DNA of 64,000 nt from an uncultured Erysipelotrichaceae bacterium (GCA_902785645.1 CACZZG010000002.1:88226-152225); one strand, 5' to 3'; shown: positions 1 through 13,090, counted from the stretch's first letter. The notes: generated from the sequence alone by a model not told the origin. A program made the numbers and translations.

Positions 1-464
1 TTGTAGGAATAGTATTTCAAATAACCGTGACGAATAAGAATACCAACATCATCTTGGTTGTCACCAGTAATTTTGGCGGCTGTAACTTCAGATGCTGCGA
101 TACCATCAGCTTCGATGGCGTGTTTTAACACGACATTATCTAATTCGATATAGTATTTGAGTGTTGGGACACGGATTGATGATTTGACTGCGCCAGTATA
201 TAAACCATTGAGAGTGATGCAGTTTGTAATGTTGGCGCTATACCAAACATTATTTAAACCTTCAACTTGACCAACAACACCTTGGGAATCTGCTGCCATA
301 GCAGCTTCTTCACTGTCATAATAGGCGCACACGCCATAATCCATTGCGTATAAAATGTGAGCCTTGTCTTTGGAAGAGCAGAAAGAGTTTGTACAACCAG
401 ATAAAACCATCGCTCCTAAAAGGAGAGAGGCAAATCCTAATCCTAATTTTGTACCTTTTTTCAT
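1..464 (-). CDS. Lipoprotein of unknown function (partial; C-terminus lies outside the window)
   Basis: Absent from the ORF track because it runs off the window edge. The reverse complement from 464 reads ATG AAA AAA GGT..., giving MKKGTKLGLGFASLLLGAMVLSGC/TNSF. That is a signal peptide plus a lipobox (L-S-G-C). An AGGAG lies 6 nt upstream and overlaps the rnpA stop codon. The frame stays open to position 1. Confidence 0.6.
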   Translation of the reverse strand, partial: MKKGTKLGLGFASLLLGAMVLSGCTNSFCSSKDKAHILYAMDYGVCAYYDSEEAAMAADSQGVVGQVEGLNNVWYSANITNCITLNGLYTGAVKSSIRVPTLKYYIELDNVVLKHAIEADGIAASEVTAAKITGDNQDDVGILIRHGYLKYYSY

Positions 465-473
465 TTTTTGCTC

Positions 474-797
474 CTAGTATTGTTTTAATAAATCTCTTAA
501 CTGAGATTTGTTGTCTTCAAAGTCGGTAGTAATGAACTTACTTCTAACGATGATGACGATATCAAGTGATTTAGCATTATAGTCAATAAGACTATCGCAA
601 ATTGCTCTCACTTGACGTTTTACGCGATTACGAACAACCGCGCATCCAAGCTTAGTAGACGCAGATATACCAATACGGGTATATCCTAATTCTGTCTTAA
701 AAACATGAACAACAAAGCTTGGTAAACGAGATGAATTACCTTTATGGATCGCCCTTGCAAATTCTCTATTGTTTTTAATTCTATTAAGGGTTTTCAT
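474..797 (-). CDS. rnpA: Ribonuclease P protein component
   Basis: 107-aa basic protein sitting directly downstream of rpmH. It carries the RNase P protein pattern (REFARAIHKG..., VVRNRVKRQVR). A GGAG RBS overlaps the rpmH stop. Confidence 0.9.
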   Translation of the reverse strand: MKTLNRIKNNREFARAIHKGNSSRLPSFVVHVFKTELGYTRIGISASTKLGCAVVRNRVKRQVRAICDSLIDYNAKSLDIVIIVRSKFITTDFEDNKSQLRDLLKQY

Positions 798-809
798 TCA
801 TTCTCCTAA

Positions 810-944
810 TTAAGCTGTTAATCTTTTACGGCCTTTAGCTCTACGGCGGGCTAATACATTACGTCCTTTGTCGCTTTTCATTCTTGCGCGAAAACCAGCT
901 TTACGTTGATGCTTGATTTTACTTGGTTGATATGTACGTTTCAT
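810..944 (-). CDS. rpmH: 50S ribosomal protein L34
   Basis: Hand-translated 44-aa ORF, below the track cutoff: [44 protein letters not shown]. This is a canonical L34 sequence. An AAGGAGG RBS lies at 951-960 on the complement strand. Confidence 0.95.
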   Translation of the reverse strand: MKRTYQPSKIKHQRKAGFRARMKSDKGRNVLARRRAKGRKRLTA

Positions 945-1029
945 ATAAGTGTACCTCCTTAAACATAGCGGTAAAATTATAGATGTATTTATTGAATAAA
1001 GTCAATAAAAGAAGAAAACCGGCGAACAC

Positions 1030-1325
1030 CCATTCTCTTTTATATCCACATGAACAGTTCAATTTATTGAATTTAAGTTATCCACATTATTTTTGTGGAA
1101 AACTATTTTTTGGTGGGAAATAGACTGTTCAATTTTGTAGAAATGATTGTATGTAAGTTAATCATTTTTAAATATAAATAATTTTATTATTTATTATTTT
1201 ATAAGTACTTTTTATCTGGTGATTAATGGTCAATGTGGAAAACTAAATTTTGTTTAATTTTCTACTTAAAAAACCAGTAGGATTCAACTATAATTGTTCC
1301 CAAGATAATTGGTGTTGGAGGGTTT
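1030..1325. other. oriC part 1: DnaA-box cluster plus AT-rich unwinding region, between rpmH and dnaA
   Basis: A perfect TTATCCACA box lies at 1078-1086. One-mismatch boxes are ATATCCACA (1042-1050) and TGTGGAAAA at 1094-1102 and 1234-1242. The stretch 1141-1230 is extremely AT-rich. An 11/12 direct repeat, AC(A/T)GTTCAATTT at 1054-1065 and 1124-1135, flanks the central boxes. Confidence 0.75.
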
Positions 1326-2699
1326 ATGATTAATTCTATTTCTGAAATTACCCAGCTTTGGGATCGCGCTTTAAGAAAAATCGATGAGCGCTTAGGAGAA
1401 AGGCAAATATTCGATTCCTTCTTCGCTAATAGTTATATCAATAATGTTCAAGATAATACGATAGTGGTAGTGGTTAGCACCGCTTTAGCCAGAACCTTAT
1501 TAAAGACTAAATATTATGATTTGGTTTCCGGAGTCATTAACGAAATCACTGAATCAAACTATAGACTAGACTTCATTTTAGAAGGTGAAGCTAAATCAGA
1601 AAAAATCGATTACACTGCTCCTCAACCAAAGAAACAACAACAATTCTTCCAAGACGCTATCTTAAATACAAAACTTACTTTTGACAACTTTGTTGTCGGT
1701 GAATTTAATAGAGAAGCTTCACAAGCTGCTCTTTTAATTGCATCCAATCCAGGAAAAATGTTTAATCCGTTATTCATTTATTCTCATTCTGGATTAGGTA
1801 AAACACACTTATTACACGCAATTGGAAATTACATTATTAAAGAAAGAAATCCAAACGCCAGAGTCTTATACATTACCGCTAATGACTTTGTTGAAGAATA
1901 CATTAAGTTTGTCAGAGGCGAGAAGGATGATGAGACATTAAAAGATTATGTTAAGAATTTTGACGTGTTGTTGTTAGACGATATTCAATTTTTAGCAAAT
2001 AAGGTTAAAACACAAGAGATGTTTTTCTACATATACACGCACATGATCAATTTTAATAAACAAATAGTAATTACGTCTGATCGTCAACCTAACGAAATTG
2101 CCAACCTTGAAGACCGTCTAGTTACAAGATTTACCCAGGGTTTAGTGGTAAAAATCGATGAACCTGACCAAAATACATGTGTTGAGATTCTAAGAAAAAA
2201 GATTATCGCAAGTGGTCTTTCTTTAGATAATTTTGATGATAATGTTCTCTATTTCTTTGCGGATAAATTCAGCAAGAATGTTCGTGAGCTTGAAGGTGCG
2301 TTAAATAGGTTAATGTTTGTTGTTGTAAGCATGAAGAAAACTGACAAGATTACGATGGATGTTGCAGTAGAAGCCGTTTCATCATTAGTGGGCGGTAAAC
2401 AACTCGCCACACAACTTAATGAGCAAAAGATCATCAACGCTGTCGCCGATTACTACAATTTAACTTCTTCACAATTAACCGGAAAGATCAGAACAGGTCA
2501 AATCGTCTTAGCGCGTCATGTTGCGATGTATTTAATAAGGTATATGTTAGATATTCCGCTCAAGAAAATTGGTGATATGTTTGGTGGTAAAGACCATACA
2601 ACTGTTATGTCCGGTATATCCAAAGTGGAAAACGAGTTGAAAACTAACGAAGGTTTAAACCAAGCGATAGAAGAGATCAAAAAACGTTTAAAACCATAA
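1326..2699 (+). CDS. dnaA: Chromosomal replication initiator protein DnaA
   Basis: Walker A motif GLGKTHLLHAIGN. C-terminal DNA-binding helix motif KIGDMFGGKDHTTVMSGISKVE. Canonical position next to oriC. Confidence 0.98.
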   Translation: MINSISEITQLWDRALRKIDERLGERQIFDSFFANSYINNVQDNTIVVVVSTALARTLLKTKYYDLVSGVINEITESNYRLDFILEGEAKSEKIDYTAPQPKKQQQFFQDAILNTKLTFDNFVVGEFNREASQAALLIASNPGKMFNPLFIYSHSGLGKTHLLHAIGNYIIKERNPNARVLYITANDFVEEYIKFVRGEKDDETLKDYVKNFDVLLLDDIQFLANKVKTQEMFFYIYTHMINFNKQIVITSDRQPNEIANLEDRLVTRFTQGLVVKIDEPDQNTCVEILRKKIIASGLSLDNFDDNVLYFFADKFSKNVRELEGALNRLMFVVVSMKKTDKITMDVAVEAVSSLVGGKQLATQLNEQKIINAVADYYNLTSSQLTGKIRTGQIVLARHVAMYLIRYMLDIPLKKIGDMFGGKDHTTVMSGISKVENELKTNEGLNQAIEEIKKRLKP

Positions 2700-2842
2700 A
2701 GTTTATTAAAAATAAAATATCAATTCAAATAGCGGTGTGATAAAATAGAAATATCTATGTGGGAATTGATAAATTAAGTGGTTTTCCACAATATCCACCG
2801 CCATTACTATTATTATTAATATAATAAATGAAAGGAATTTAT
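2700..2842. other. oriC part 2: DnaA boxes in the dnaA-dnaN spacer
   Basis: TTTTCCACA at 2782-2790 abuts ATATCCACC at 2791-2799. A weaker box-like TGTGGGAAT lies at 2758-2766. Bacillus-type origins are bipartite around dnaA. Confidence 0.6.
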
Positions 2843-3964
2843 ATGAGATTCACGATTAGAAGAGAAGAACTCCTTAAAGGATTAACAATTGCATCTAGAG
2901 CAGTTGCGAATAAAGTTGCAGTAGCTGTTTTAGCAAATTTAAAAATTGAATTAACAGAAAATGGTTTATTTATTACTGGTTCAAATTATGATCTAACAAT
3001 TAGAACTCAAGTTCCTTATAGATTTAATGGTGTGGAAATTATCAGAAACTATAAAGAAGGCGCAACTCTCATTAATGCTAGATTGATTACAGAGATCGCT
3101 AGAAAGATGGAATCTGAAGAAATCACATTAGATGTTATTGATTCCACAATTGCCACAATTAGTGATAATCGTTCTGAATATAAATTAAATTGCGTGAGAC
3201 CAGAAGAATATCCAGATTTGGATTTAGAACCAAACGGAACTATGCTCACATTATCCAAGGCTGATTTTGATACATTGGTTTCTCAAACAGCTTTCGCAGC
3301 ATCACTTAAAGAACAAAGACCAATTTTAACTGCGATGAATCTTGAAGCTGCTAACGGACAACTTACCGCCACAGCCACAGACTCTGCTCGTATGGCTAGA
3401 AAGAATATCAGCATTCCTGAAGATATCAAATTTATTGCTAACGTTCCTGCCAAGATGATGGTGGAAGTTGACCACTTATTAGAAGGCATGGAATCTGTTG
3501 ATATCGCTTTTAGCGATAAGAAAGCATTATTCTCACTCGGAAGAACCATTGTTGCTTCTCGTTTAATCGCTGGCGATTATCCAAACACCAAAAACATCGT
3601 TCCAAGAGTGACAAATTATCACTTGGAAGTTAACGCAAACGATTTGATTAAAGCAATTGATAGAGCGAACATCTTATCCATGGATAGAGAAAACGTTGTT
3701 GATTTATCAATGAGTGAAGACGGTATTGAGATATCCGCTAAGAGCCAACAAGTTGGTTCCGCAACAGAAAGAATCGATGTCTTTAAATATGACGGACAAG
3801 AACTTCGCGTCTCATTCAATAGTGAGTTTGTCGTCGCTGCCGTCAAAGCCTTAAATTGTGAAGATGTGACCTTTGCGTTTGTAGGCGAAATGAAGCCCTT
3901 TGTTGTGAAAAATGCTTCAGATGACTCCATCATCCAAATTGTCACACCAGTGAGGACATATTAG
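2843..3964 (+). CDS. dnaN: DNA polymerase III beta sliding clamp
   Basis: MRFTIRREELLKGL... is a typical DnaN N-terminus, and the length is clamp-like. The track start at 2828 was moved to the ATG at 2843, which has AAAGGAA about 8 nt upstream. Confidence 0.93.
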   Translation: MRFTIRREELLKGLTIASRAVANKVAVAVLANLKIELTENGLFITGSNYDLTIRTQVPYRFNGVEIIRNYKEGATLINARLITEIARKMESEEITLDVIDSTIATISDNRSEYKLNCVRPEEYPDLDLEPNGTMLTLSKADFDTLVSQTAFAASLKEQRPILTAMNLEAANGQLTATATDSARMARKNISIPEDIKFIANVPAKMMVEVDHLLEGMESVDIAFSDKKALFSLGRTIVASRLIAGDYPNTKNIVPRVTNYHLEVNANDLIKAIDRANILSMDRENVVDLSMSEDGIEISAKSQQVGSATERIDVFKYDGQELRVSFNSEFVVAAVKALNCEDVTFAFVGEMKPFVVKNASDDSIIQIVTPVRTY

Positions 3965-4000
3965 GCCAAAAAAGCCCAATTTCAAGAATATAGTAGATTA

Positions 4001-4024
4001 GGGAATATTTTATTCCCTTTTTTA
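4001..4024 (+). terminator. Rho-independent terminator after dnaN
   Basis: GGGAATA-TTT-TATTCCC hairpin followed by a T-run at 4018-4024. Confidence 0.6.
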
Positions 4025-4059
4025 TTTATATAATGTATAATTGTTCCAAGGAGTTTTTT

Positions 4060-4278
4060 GTGGGCGCAAAAGTGATCAAATTAAGACAAGATGAAGAGTA
4101 TATCACCCTTCAATCTCTCCTCAAGTTAGCCGCTATTATTCCAACCGGGGGAATGATTAAGGTTTTTCTTGAAGATAATGTAGTTTTGGTCAATGGAGAG
4201 CGCGAAAATCGTCGAGGCCGTAAATTGTACCGTGGAGACGAAGTTAGCCTTACTAACGCGTTGTTTGTAATCAAATAA
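4060..4278 (+). CDS. yaaA: S4-domain RNA-binding protein (YaaA-like)
   Basis: Conserved dnaN-yaaA-recF position. Pattern EYITLQSLLKLAAIIPTGGMIKVFL...VLVNGERENRRGRKLYRGD. The GTG at 4060 has AAGGAG 7 nt upstream. The track's ATG at 4033 has no RBS. Confidence 0.8.
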   Translation: MGAKVIKLRQDEEYITLQSLLKLAAIIPTGGMIKVFLEDNVVLVNGERENRRGRKLYRGDEVSLTNALFVIK

Positions 4279-4281
4279 GCT

Positions 4282-7412
<3,131 letters not shown>

Positions 7413-7430
7413 TAAAAGGAGGAACGATTC

Positions 7431-10076
7431 ATGTTGTTTGAAGATGAAGAAAAAATCGTCGAAGAATTAGACGAAAATGCTGAAAATGATGAAAAAGAAC
7501 CCGTTTCTGCTGAAGAAATTGAATCTGGTATCGTTGCTGGAACCACTGATGTTGATACAGTTGGCTTAGTTAGAGAATCATTCTTAGACTACGCCATGAG
7601 CGTCATCGTCTCCCGTGCTATTCCAGATGTTAGAGATGGTTTAAAACCAGTTCATAGACGTATTGTTTACTCAATGAGTGAAACTGGTAATACACCAGAC
7701 AAACCATTTAAAAAGTGTGCTCGTATCGTCGGTGACGTTATGGGTAAATATCACCCTCATGGTGACGCCGCAATCTACGGTGCTTTAGCAAGATTAGCCC
7801 AACCATTCTCAATGAGATATACGCTCGTTGAAGGTCATGGTAACTTCGGTTCTATCGATGGCGACGAACCTGCTGCTTATCGTTATACAGAAGCTCGTAT
7901 GGCTAAGATGGCTCTTGAAATGGTCAGAGACATCAACTGTAACGTAGTTGACTTTATGGATAACTACGATGGTGTCGACCAAGAACCAACCGTTTTACCC
8001 TCTAGATTCCCTAACTTATTAGTTAATGGTTCAAGTGGTATCGCTGTTGGTATGGCCACAAACATTCCACCACACAACTTAAGTGAAGTTATCGATGGTG
8101 TTGTTGCTTTAAGCAAAAACCCAGAAATCACCACTGAAGAATTAATGGAATTCATCAAAGGTCCAGATTTCCCGACCGGTGGTTTAATCTTAGGACGTGC
8201 CGGCATTCGTGATGCTTATGAAACCGGTTCAGGAAGCATTGCCGTTCGTAGTAAATGCAGAATCGAAGAACGTGGTGATCACGGATTAAAGAGAATCGTT
8301 GTGGAAGAAATTCCTTATGGTGTTAATAAAGCCACAATGATCGAAGACATGGCTGCTTTAGTTAGAGATAAAGTTATCGATGGTATTACTGATATCAGAG
8401 ATGAATCTAACAAAGATGGTATTAGAGTGGTTATTGAAGTTAGAAGAGATGCCATTCCAGAAGTCTTATTAAATCAATTATTTAAATTAACAAAGTTACA
8501 AGTCAGCTTTGGCATTATTAACTTATGCTTAGTTGATAACGCACCAAAAGTGTGTTCTTTAAAGACAATGTTACAAGAGTACTTGGATTTCCAAGTTGAA
8601 GTTATCGCTAGAAGAACACAATTCTTATTAGACAAAGATGTGGCTCGTGACCATATCGTTGTTGGTTTAATTAAATGTCATGACAACATCGATGAAGTTG
8701 TTGATATTATCAAAGCTAGTAAGAGTAGAGAAGATGCCACAACCAGATTAATGGCGACATTTGATTTCTCTGAACCACAAGTTCAAGCCATTTTAGCAAT
8801 GAATTTAGGTCGTTTAACTGGTATTGAAACCGAAAAGCTCGAAGCTGAAAGAGTTCAATTAGAAAAGAATATCGAAGAATACAAGAGAATTCTTTCTTCT
8901 AGAGAAAACGAAACTGAAGTCGTTGTTAACGAATTATTAGAGATTAAAGAAAAATTCGGTGATGAAAGAAGAACCGAAATCACTAATAGTGATGCATCAA
9001 TCGATGATGAAGATTTAATCCCACAAGAAGATATCGTTATCACATTAAGTAGAGGTGGTTACGTTAAGAGACTTAACGCCGATATATTCAGAACTCAAAA
9101 CCGTGGTGGTCGTGGCGTTCGCGGTGCTTCATTAAATGAAAATGATGTTGTTGAACTCATGATCTACACAAAAACACACACAGACTTATTGTTCTTTACA
9201 GATTTAGGTAAGGTTTACCGTATTCGTGGTTACCAAGTTCCTGAATATCAAAGAACAGGTAAGGGTGTTCCTGTGATTAACTTAATCAATATCGAAAAAG
9301 GTGAAAATGTTAAATCCATCATCGCTGTTAACGAATATAGAGATGATCGTTACTTAATGTTCTTCACTACCGAAGGTATTGTTAAACGTACTCCATTAAA
9401 GGAATATGAATCAATCCGTCAAAACGGTAAAATCGCTATCACATTACGTGAAGGTGACAACTTATTAAACGTCAAACAAGTTTCTGAGAAGATCGAACTT
9501 CCTGAATTTGCTGATGAAAACGGTAACTATACACAAGACTTATTAGTCGGCATTGCTGCCTCTAACGGTAAGATGGTTAACTTCCCAGCTAACGAAGTTA
9601 GACCAATGGGTAGAAGTGCATCTGGCGTTAAAGGTATCGAATTATGTGAAGGCGCACGTGTTGTTGGTTGTACCGCACAATACGAAGGTGATCACATCTT
9701 AGTTGTTACCGATAAAGGTTATGGCAAAATGACAAAAGTTGTCGATGACGATGGCGAACCAACATATCGTATTACAAAACGTGGCACCAAAGGTGTTTCA
9801 ACCTTAAAGGCCTCAGATAAAGTTGGACAACTCGTTGCCGTCCGTGCCGTTAACTTAGATGACGACTTAATGGTTATTACAAATGCTGGTATTGTTATCA
9901 GAACACCATTAAGACAAATTCGTGTTGCTGGACGTAACACTCAAGGTGTTAAGATTATGAACCTTGAAGGACGTCAAAGAGTTTCTTCTATCGCTATTGT
10001 TCCACATGAAGAACCAGGCGAAGAAGTTGAAAATGTTGAAGAAGGCGCTGAAGAAGCGTTAGAAAACAACGAATAA
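7431..10076 (+). CDS. gyrA: DNA gyrase subunit A
   Basis: Motifs [32 protein letters not shown] and the catalytic-Tyr motif [11 protein letters not shown]-terminal beta-pinwheel repeats are present. Acidic N- and C-terminal tails. Confidence 0.98.
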   Translation: MLFEDEEKIVEELDENAENDEKEPVSAEEIESGIVAGTTDVDTVGLVRESFLDYAMSVIVSRAIPDVRDGLKPVHRRIVYSMSETGNTPDKPFKKCARIVGDVMGKYHPHGDAAIYGALARLAQPFSMRYTLVEGHGNFGSIDGDEPAAYRYTEARMAKMALEMVRDINCNVVDFMDNYDGVDQEPTVLPSRFPNLLVNGSSGIAVGMATNIPPHNLSEVIDGVVALSKNPEITTEELMEFIKGPDFPTGGLILGRAGIRDAYETGSGSIAVRSKCRIEERGDHGLKRIVVEEIPYGVNKATMIEDMAALVRDKVIDGITDIRDESNKDGIRVVIEVRRDAIPEVLLNQLFKLTKLQVSFGIINLCLVDNAPKVCSLKTMLQEYLDFQVEVIARRTQFLLDKDVARDHIVVGLIKCHDNIDEVVDIIKASKSREDATTRLMATFDFSEPQVQAILAMNLGRLTGIETEKLEAERVQLEKNIEEYKRILSSRENETEVVVNELLEIKEKFGDERRTEITNSDASIDDEDLIPQEDIVITLSRGGYVKRLNADIFRTQNRGGRGVRGASLNENDVVELMIYTKTHTDLLFFTDLGKVYRIRGYQVPEYQRTGKGVPVINLINIEKGENVKSIIAVNEYRDDRYLMFFTTEGIVKRTPLKEYESIRQNGKIAITLREGDNLLNVKQVSEKIELPEFADENGNYTQDLLVGIAASNGKMVNFPANEVRPMGRSASGVKGIELCEGARVVGCTAQYEGDHILVVTDKGYGKMTKVVDDDGEPTYRITKRGTKGVSTLKASDKVGQLVAVRAVNLDDDLMVITNAGIVIRTPLRQIRVAGRNTQGVKIMNLEGRQRVSSIAIVPHEEPGEEVENVEEGAEEALENNE

Positions 10077-10083
10077 TTGAATT

Positions 10084-11121
10084 ATGAAAGTTTTGGTTAG
10101 TTTCCAACCAAATAAAAAAGCCCCTGATTTTGAGGGTGCCAGAATGAGAAAAACTATCAAAGGCGCCCTCGAAAGAGTGGATGTTGATTACACAACAACA
10201 ATTGTGGAAAAGCACGATGTTGTTCATTTGATTTCGCCGGAAGATGAAAACAAATTAAACGACGCAAAAGAAAACAATATTCCAGTTGTTGTTAGCGCAC
10301 TATATTGTGAAGATGATCCACAAGCATCTTACTTAGAACACAAATGTAAAGATGGTGTAAGAACCACAGAATTAACTAATAAAGCTTTAAAATTCTTAAA
10401 CAAAGCCGATTTGGTTCTTGTACCTTCACCTAAAGTTAGAGATTTCCTAGTTAATAGTGGTGTCACATCCGATATATCAATCGCCTTACCAGGTATTAAT
10501 TTAGCGAGATTTGATTTCTCTAGAGATGATGAAAAAACAATTTTCTATCGTTACTTTAGAGAAGATTCAAAAAAGAAATTAGTCCTTGGATTAGGTGAAT
10601 ACGATAATACAATGGATGGAATTAACGCCTTTATTAACGCCGCGAAAATATGCGAAGATGCAATCTTCTATTACATTGGTAGAGAAGCGAAACCAGGAAT
10701 TTATAATTCATTAAAAATGAAAAAAATAATCTCTTCTGCTCCAAAGAACCTAAAATTCATTACAATTATTCCTGATGATATTTATAGAAGCGCATTATTA
10801 AACGCTGATGTATTCGTCATCCCAGGTTATAAGGTTACAGGTGTCGTTAGTTTAATGGATGCCATGGCTGCAAAATGCCAAATCATCGCTAGAAAACAAG
10901 CTGTATATCCAGACCTAATTGTTGATGGTCAAAACGCCTATCTTGGCGAATTCTCAGAAACAATTACAAGCCTTATCAAAGATTATTTAGGTGGCAAATT
11001 AAAACCTACAATAGAAAACGCATATAACTACGTTAAAAAATGTAATCTTAAAGCAGTTGGTGAACAATTAAAATGGTTCTACTTAGAACAGATCAATATT
11101 AAAAATCTATCAAAACTATAA
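10084..11121 (+). CDS. Glycosyltransferase, GT-B fold (GT4-like), specificity unknown
   Basis: The C-terminal half looks like group-1 glycosyltransferases (LGEYDN...INAF, VFVIPGYKVTGVVSLMDAMAAKCQIIA, DGQNAYL). The N-terminal half is divergent. Assignment is by motif recall only. Confidence 0.5.
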   Translation: MKVLVSFQPNKKAPDFEGARMRKTIKGALERVDVDYTTTIVEKHDVVHLISPEDENKLNDAKENNIPVVVSALYCEDDPQASYLEHKCKDGVRTTELTNKALKFLNKADLVLVPSPKVRDFLVNSGVTSDISIALPGINLARFDFSRDDEKTIFYRYFREDSKKKLVLGLGEYDNTMDGINAFINAAKICEDAIFYYIGREAKPGIYNSLKMKKIISSAPKNLKFITIIPDDIYRSALLNADVFVIPGYKVTGVVSLMDAMAAKCQIIARKQAVYPDLIVDGQNAYLGEFSETITSLIKDYLGGKLKPTIENAYNYVKKCNLKAVGEQLKWFYLEQINIKNLSKL

Positions 11122-11132
11122 GGAGAGATATT

Positions 11133-12413
11133 ATGTTAGACATTAATCTTATTCGTGAGAATCCAGAAAAAGTAAAAGAGTCCCTAAAAAAGAAATTATG
11201 GGATGCAGACTTTACCGAATTATTAAAATGGGACGCTGAAAGAAAAGAACTTATTCAAGTTGTAGAAGGCAACAAAGCCGAGATGAATAAGCTCTCCGCA
11301 AGTGTTCCACAAGCAAAGAAAAACGGTGAAGATGTTACAAAAATCTTTGCAAAAGTTAAAGAAATTGCGAAAAATAACGCCGAAAACGAAGCAAAATTAA
11401 AAGAATTAGATCAAAAAATTAATGATTTCTTAATCGTTTTACCAAACATTCCTGATGATGATTTAGTGGGTGGTGGAAAAGAAAACAATAAGGTCATTAA
11501 AGTGTATGGCGAAAAACCAGTCTTTAATTTCAAAATGAAAGACCATGTTGAACTCGCTGAATCACTTGGTTTAGTCGATTATGAAAGAGGCGGAAAGATT
11601 GCGGGTCGCGGCAGTTGGATCTATACCAACCTCGGTGCCAGATTAGAATGGGCAATCTTAAACTTCTTTATTTCAGAGCATCTTAGAGATGGATATGAAT
11701 TTATCCTACCTCCACATTTATTAAATGAAGAATCTGGTTTCGTTGCTGGACAATTCCCAAAATTTAAAGAAGATGTCTTCTGGCTTGAAGGAACTGAGCC
11801 AAAAAGATTCTTATTACCAACCGCTGAAACAGCATTAGTCAATTTATATAGAAACGAAATTTTAAGTGAAGATGATTTACCAAAGAAATTCTTTGCTTAC
11901 ACACCATGCTACCGTCGTGAAGCTGGTTCTTATAGAACCGAAGAAAGAGGTATGATTCGTGGCTATCAATTCGACAAAGTCGAAATGGTTCAATATACAA
12001 AACCTGAAGATAGCGATGCTGCTTTCGAAGAATTGGTGAGAAAAGCATCTTCTTTAGTGGAAAAACTCGGATTACATTTCCAAATTAGTAAATTAGCCGC
12101 TGGTGACATCTCCCATTCTATGGCGAGAACATATGATATTGAAGTTTATCTCCCAAGTATTGGCATTTATAAAGAAGTTTCTTCAGCAAGTAATGCTCGT
12201 GATTACCAAGCTAGAAGAGGCATGATGCGTTATAGAGATAAAGCAACTGGTAAAACCAGATATATGCATACATTAAATGCTTCTGGTTTAGCTACAAGTA
12301 GAATCTTCCCAGCTATCCTAGAACAATATCAACAAGAAGATGGTTCCGTTTTGGTTCCTGAAGTATTACAACCATTTATGGGTGGAATCAAAGTTTTAAA
12401 ACCAGTTAAATAA
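11133..12413 (+). CDS. serS: Seryl-tRNA synthetase
   Basis: Coiled-coil N-terminal arm. Class II motifs: LLPTAETALVNLY, YRREAGSYRTEERGMIRGYQFDKVE and GLATSRIFPAILE. Confidence 0.97.
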   Translation: MLDINLIRENPEKVKESLKKKLWDADFTELLKWDAERKELIQVVEGNKAEMNKLSASVPQAKKNGEDVTKIFAKVKEIAKNNAENEAKLKELDQKINDFLIVLPNIPDDDLVGGGKENNKVIKVYGEKPVFNFKMKDHVELAESLGLVDYERGGKIAGRGSWIYTNLGARLEWAILNFFISEHLRDGYEFILPPHLLNEESGFVAGQFPKFKEDVFWLEGTEPKRFLLPTAETALVNLYRNEILSEDDLPKKFFAYTPCYRREAGSYRTEERGMIRGYQFDKVEMVQYTKPEDSDAAFEELVRKASSLVEKLGLHFQISKLAAGDISHSMARTYDIEVYLPSIGIYKEVSSASNARDYQARRGMMRYRDKATGKTRYMHTLNASGLATSRIFPAILEQYQQEDGSVLVPEVLQPFMGGIKVLKPVK

Positions 12414-12430
12414 TCAACAATAAACACGAA

Positions 12431-12453
12431 AGGGACTCATTGAGTCCTTTTTT
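12431..12453 (+). terminator. Rho-independent terminator after serS
   Basis: GGACTC-ATT-GAGTCC hairpin followed by TTTTTT at 12448-12453. Confidence 0.7.
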
Positions 12454-12484
12454 GTTAGATGTTATTTATTATAAATATCTCGTG

Positions 12485-12493
12485 TGCTATAAT
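12485..12493 (+). promoter_or_regulatory. Extended -10 promoter (TGcTATAAT) for the SRP RNA
   Basis: TGCTATAAT at 12485-12493, about 5-7 nt upstream of the predicted RNA 5' end. Confidence 0.5.
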
Positions 12494-12497
12494 AACC

Positions 12498-12583
12498 CCG
12501 CCATCGCGATGGATATCTATGAACCAGGTCAGGACAGGAATGTAGCAGCCTTAAATATCTTGTTCATGTGCGGTGGTTTGTTT
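12498..12583 (+). ncRNA. ffs: Signal recognition particle RNA, small 4.5S/scRNA type
   Basis: AUGAACCAGGUCAGGACAGGAAUGUAGCAGCCUUAA matches the universally conserved SRP domain IV (CAGGUCAGG..GGAA..AGCAGCC) with a GGAA apical loop. AUGAAC/GUUCAU and CCGCC/GGUGG closing helices are present. A U-run follows at 12577-12583. The tadA-adjacent position matches Bacillus. Confidence 0.85.
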
Positions 12584-12585
12584 AT

Positions 12586-13056
12586 ATGGAAAAGACTAAT
12601 AAGTTCATGTTAGAGGCCATCAAGGAAGCCAAGAAAGCCGAGCTACTTGATGAAGTACCAATAGGTTGTGTTATTGTCAAAGACAATAAAATTATTTCTC
12701 GAGGACATAACGTTAGAGAAAGCAAAAACAATCCAGTTGGTCATGCTGAAATAATTGCCATCACTAAAGCCAGTAAAAAACTAAATAGTTGGCGGCTTAA
12801 TGATTGTGAACTTTATGTAACTATAGAACCTTGCATCATGTGTTCCGGCGCCATTATCCAGTCTCGAATAAAAGCGGTATATTACGGAGCAAAAGATTAT
12901 AAAGGTGGAGCATTCGGATCATCAATTGATGTATTGAAAGCTGAAAACATTAATCACCATCCCGAAATAGTTGGCGGCGTATTAGAAAAAGAATGCTCAG
13001 AGCTAATCAGTAGATATTTCAAAAACAAAAGAGAAAAGAATAAACTTGGACTTTAA
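12586..13056 (+). CDS. tadA: tRNA-specific adenosine(34) deaminase
   Basis: Zinc motifs HAE (GHAEIIAI) and PCxxC (EPCIMCSGAI), and TadA-like length. The start was moved from 12568 to the ATG at 12586, because the upstream codons lie inside the SRP RNA. Confidence 0.88.
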   Translation: MEKTNKFMLEAIKEAKKAELLDEVPIGCVIVKDNKIISRGHNVRESKNNPVGHAEIIAITKASKKLNSWRLNDCELYVTIEPCIMCSGAIIQSRIKAVYYGAKDYKGGAFGSSIDVLKAENINHHPEIVGGVLEKECSELISRYFKNKREKNKLGL

Positions 13057-13076
13057 TTTTAGTCCAAGTTTTTTTA
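13044..13076 (+). terminator. Rho-independent terminator overlapping the tadA stop codon
   Basis: ACTTGGACT (13044-13052) pairs with AGTCCAAGT (13061-13069), followed by a T-run to 13075. Confidence 0.7.
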
Positions 13077-13090
13077 TCATATATGCATAT

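Noticed and set aside
1-464. Calling the partial lipoprotein downstream of rnpA YidC/SpoIIIJ because of its position
   Set aside because: Firmicute YidC proteins reach their first TM and the conserved core soon after the lipobox. Here at least 130 residues of apparently soluble sequence follow, with no YidC motif visible in the portion inside the window.
11122-11132. T-box leaders upstream of serS and metG
   Set aside because: serS starts 11 nt after the preceding gene. metG starts 30 nt after a terminator. Neither gap can hold a T-box of about 200 nt.
12568-12585. Upstream start codons proposed by the ORF track for tadA (12568), the ATPase (13046), the PreA-like gene (36986), rpmE (46874), metG (48583), dnaN (2828), yaaA (4033) and guaD (26930)
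   Set aside because: The extensions run through an SRP RNA, terminator hairpins or the preceding gene. They lack an RBS, and they add non-conserved residues ahead of canonical N-termini. Downstream starts with good SD sequences were chosen instead.
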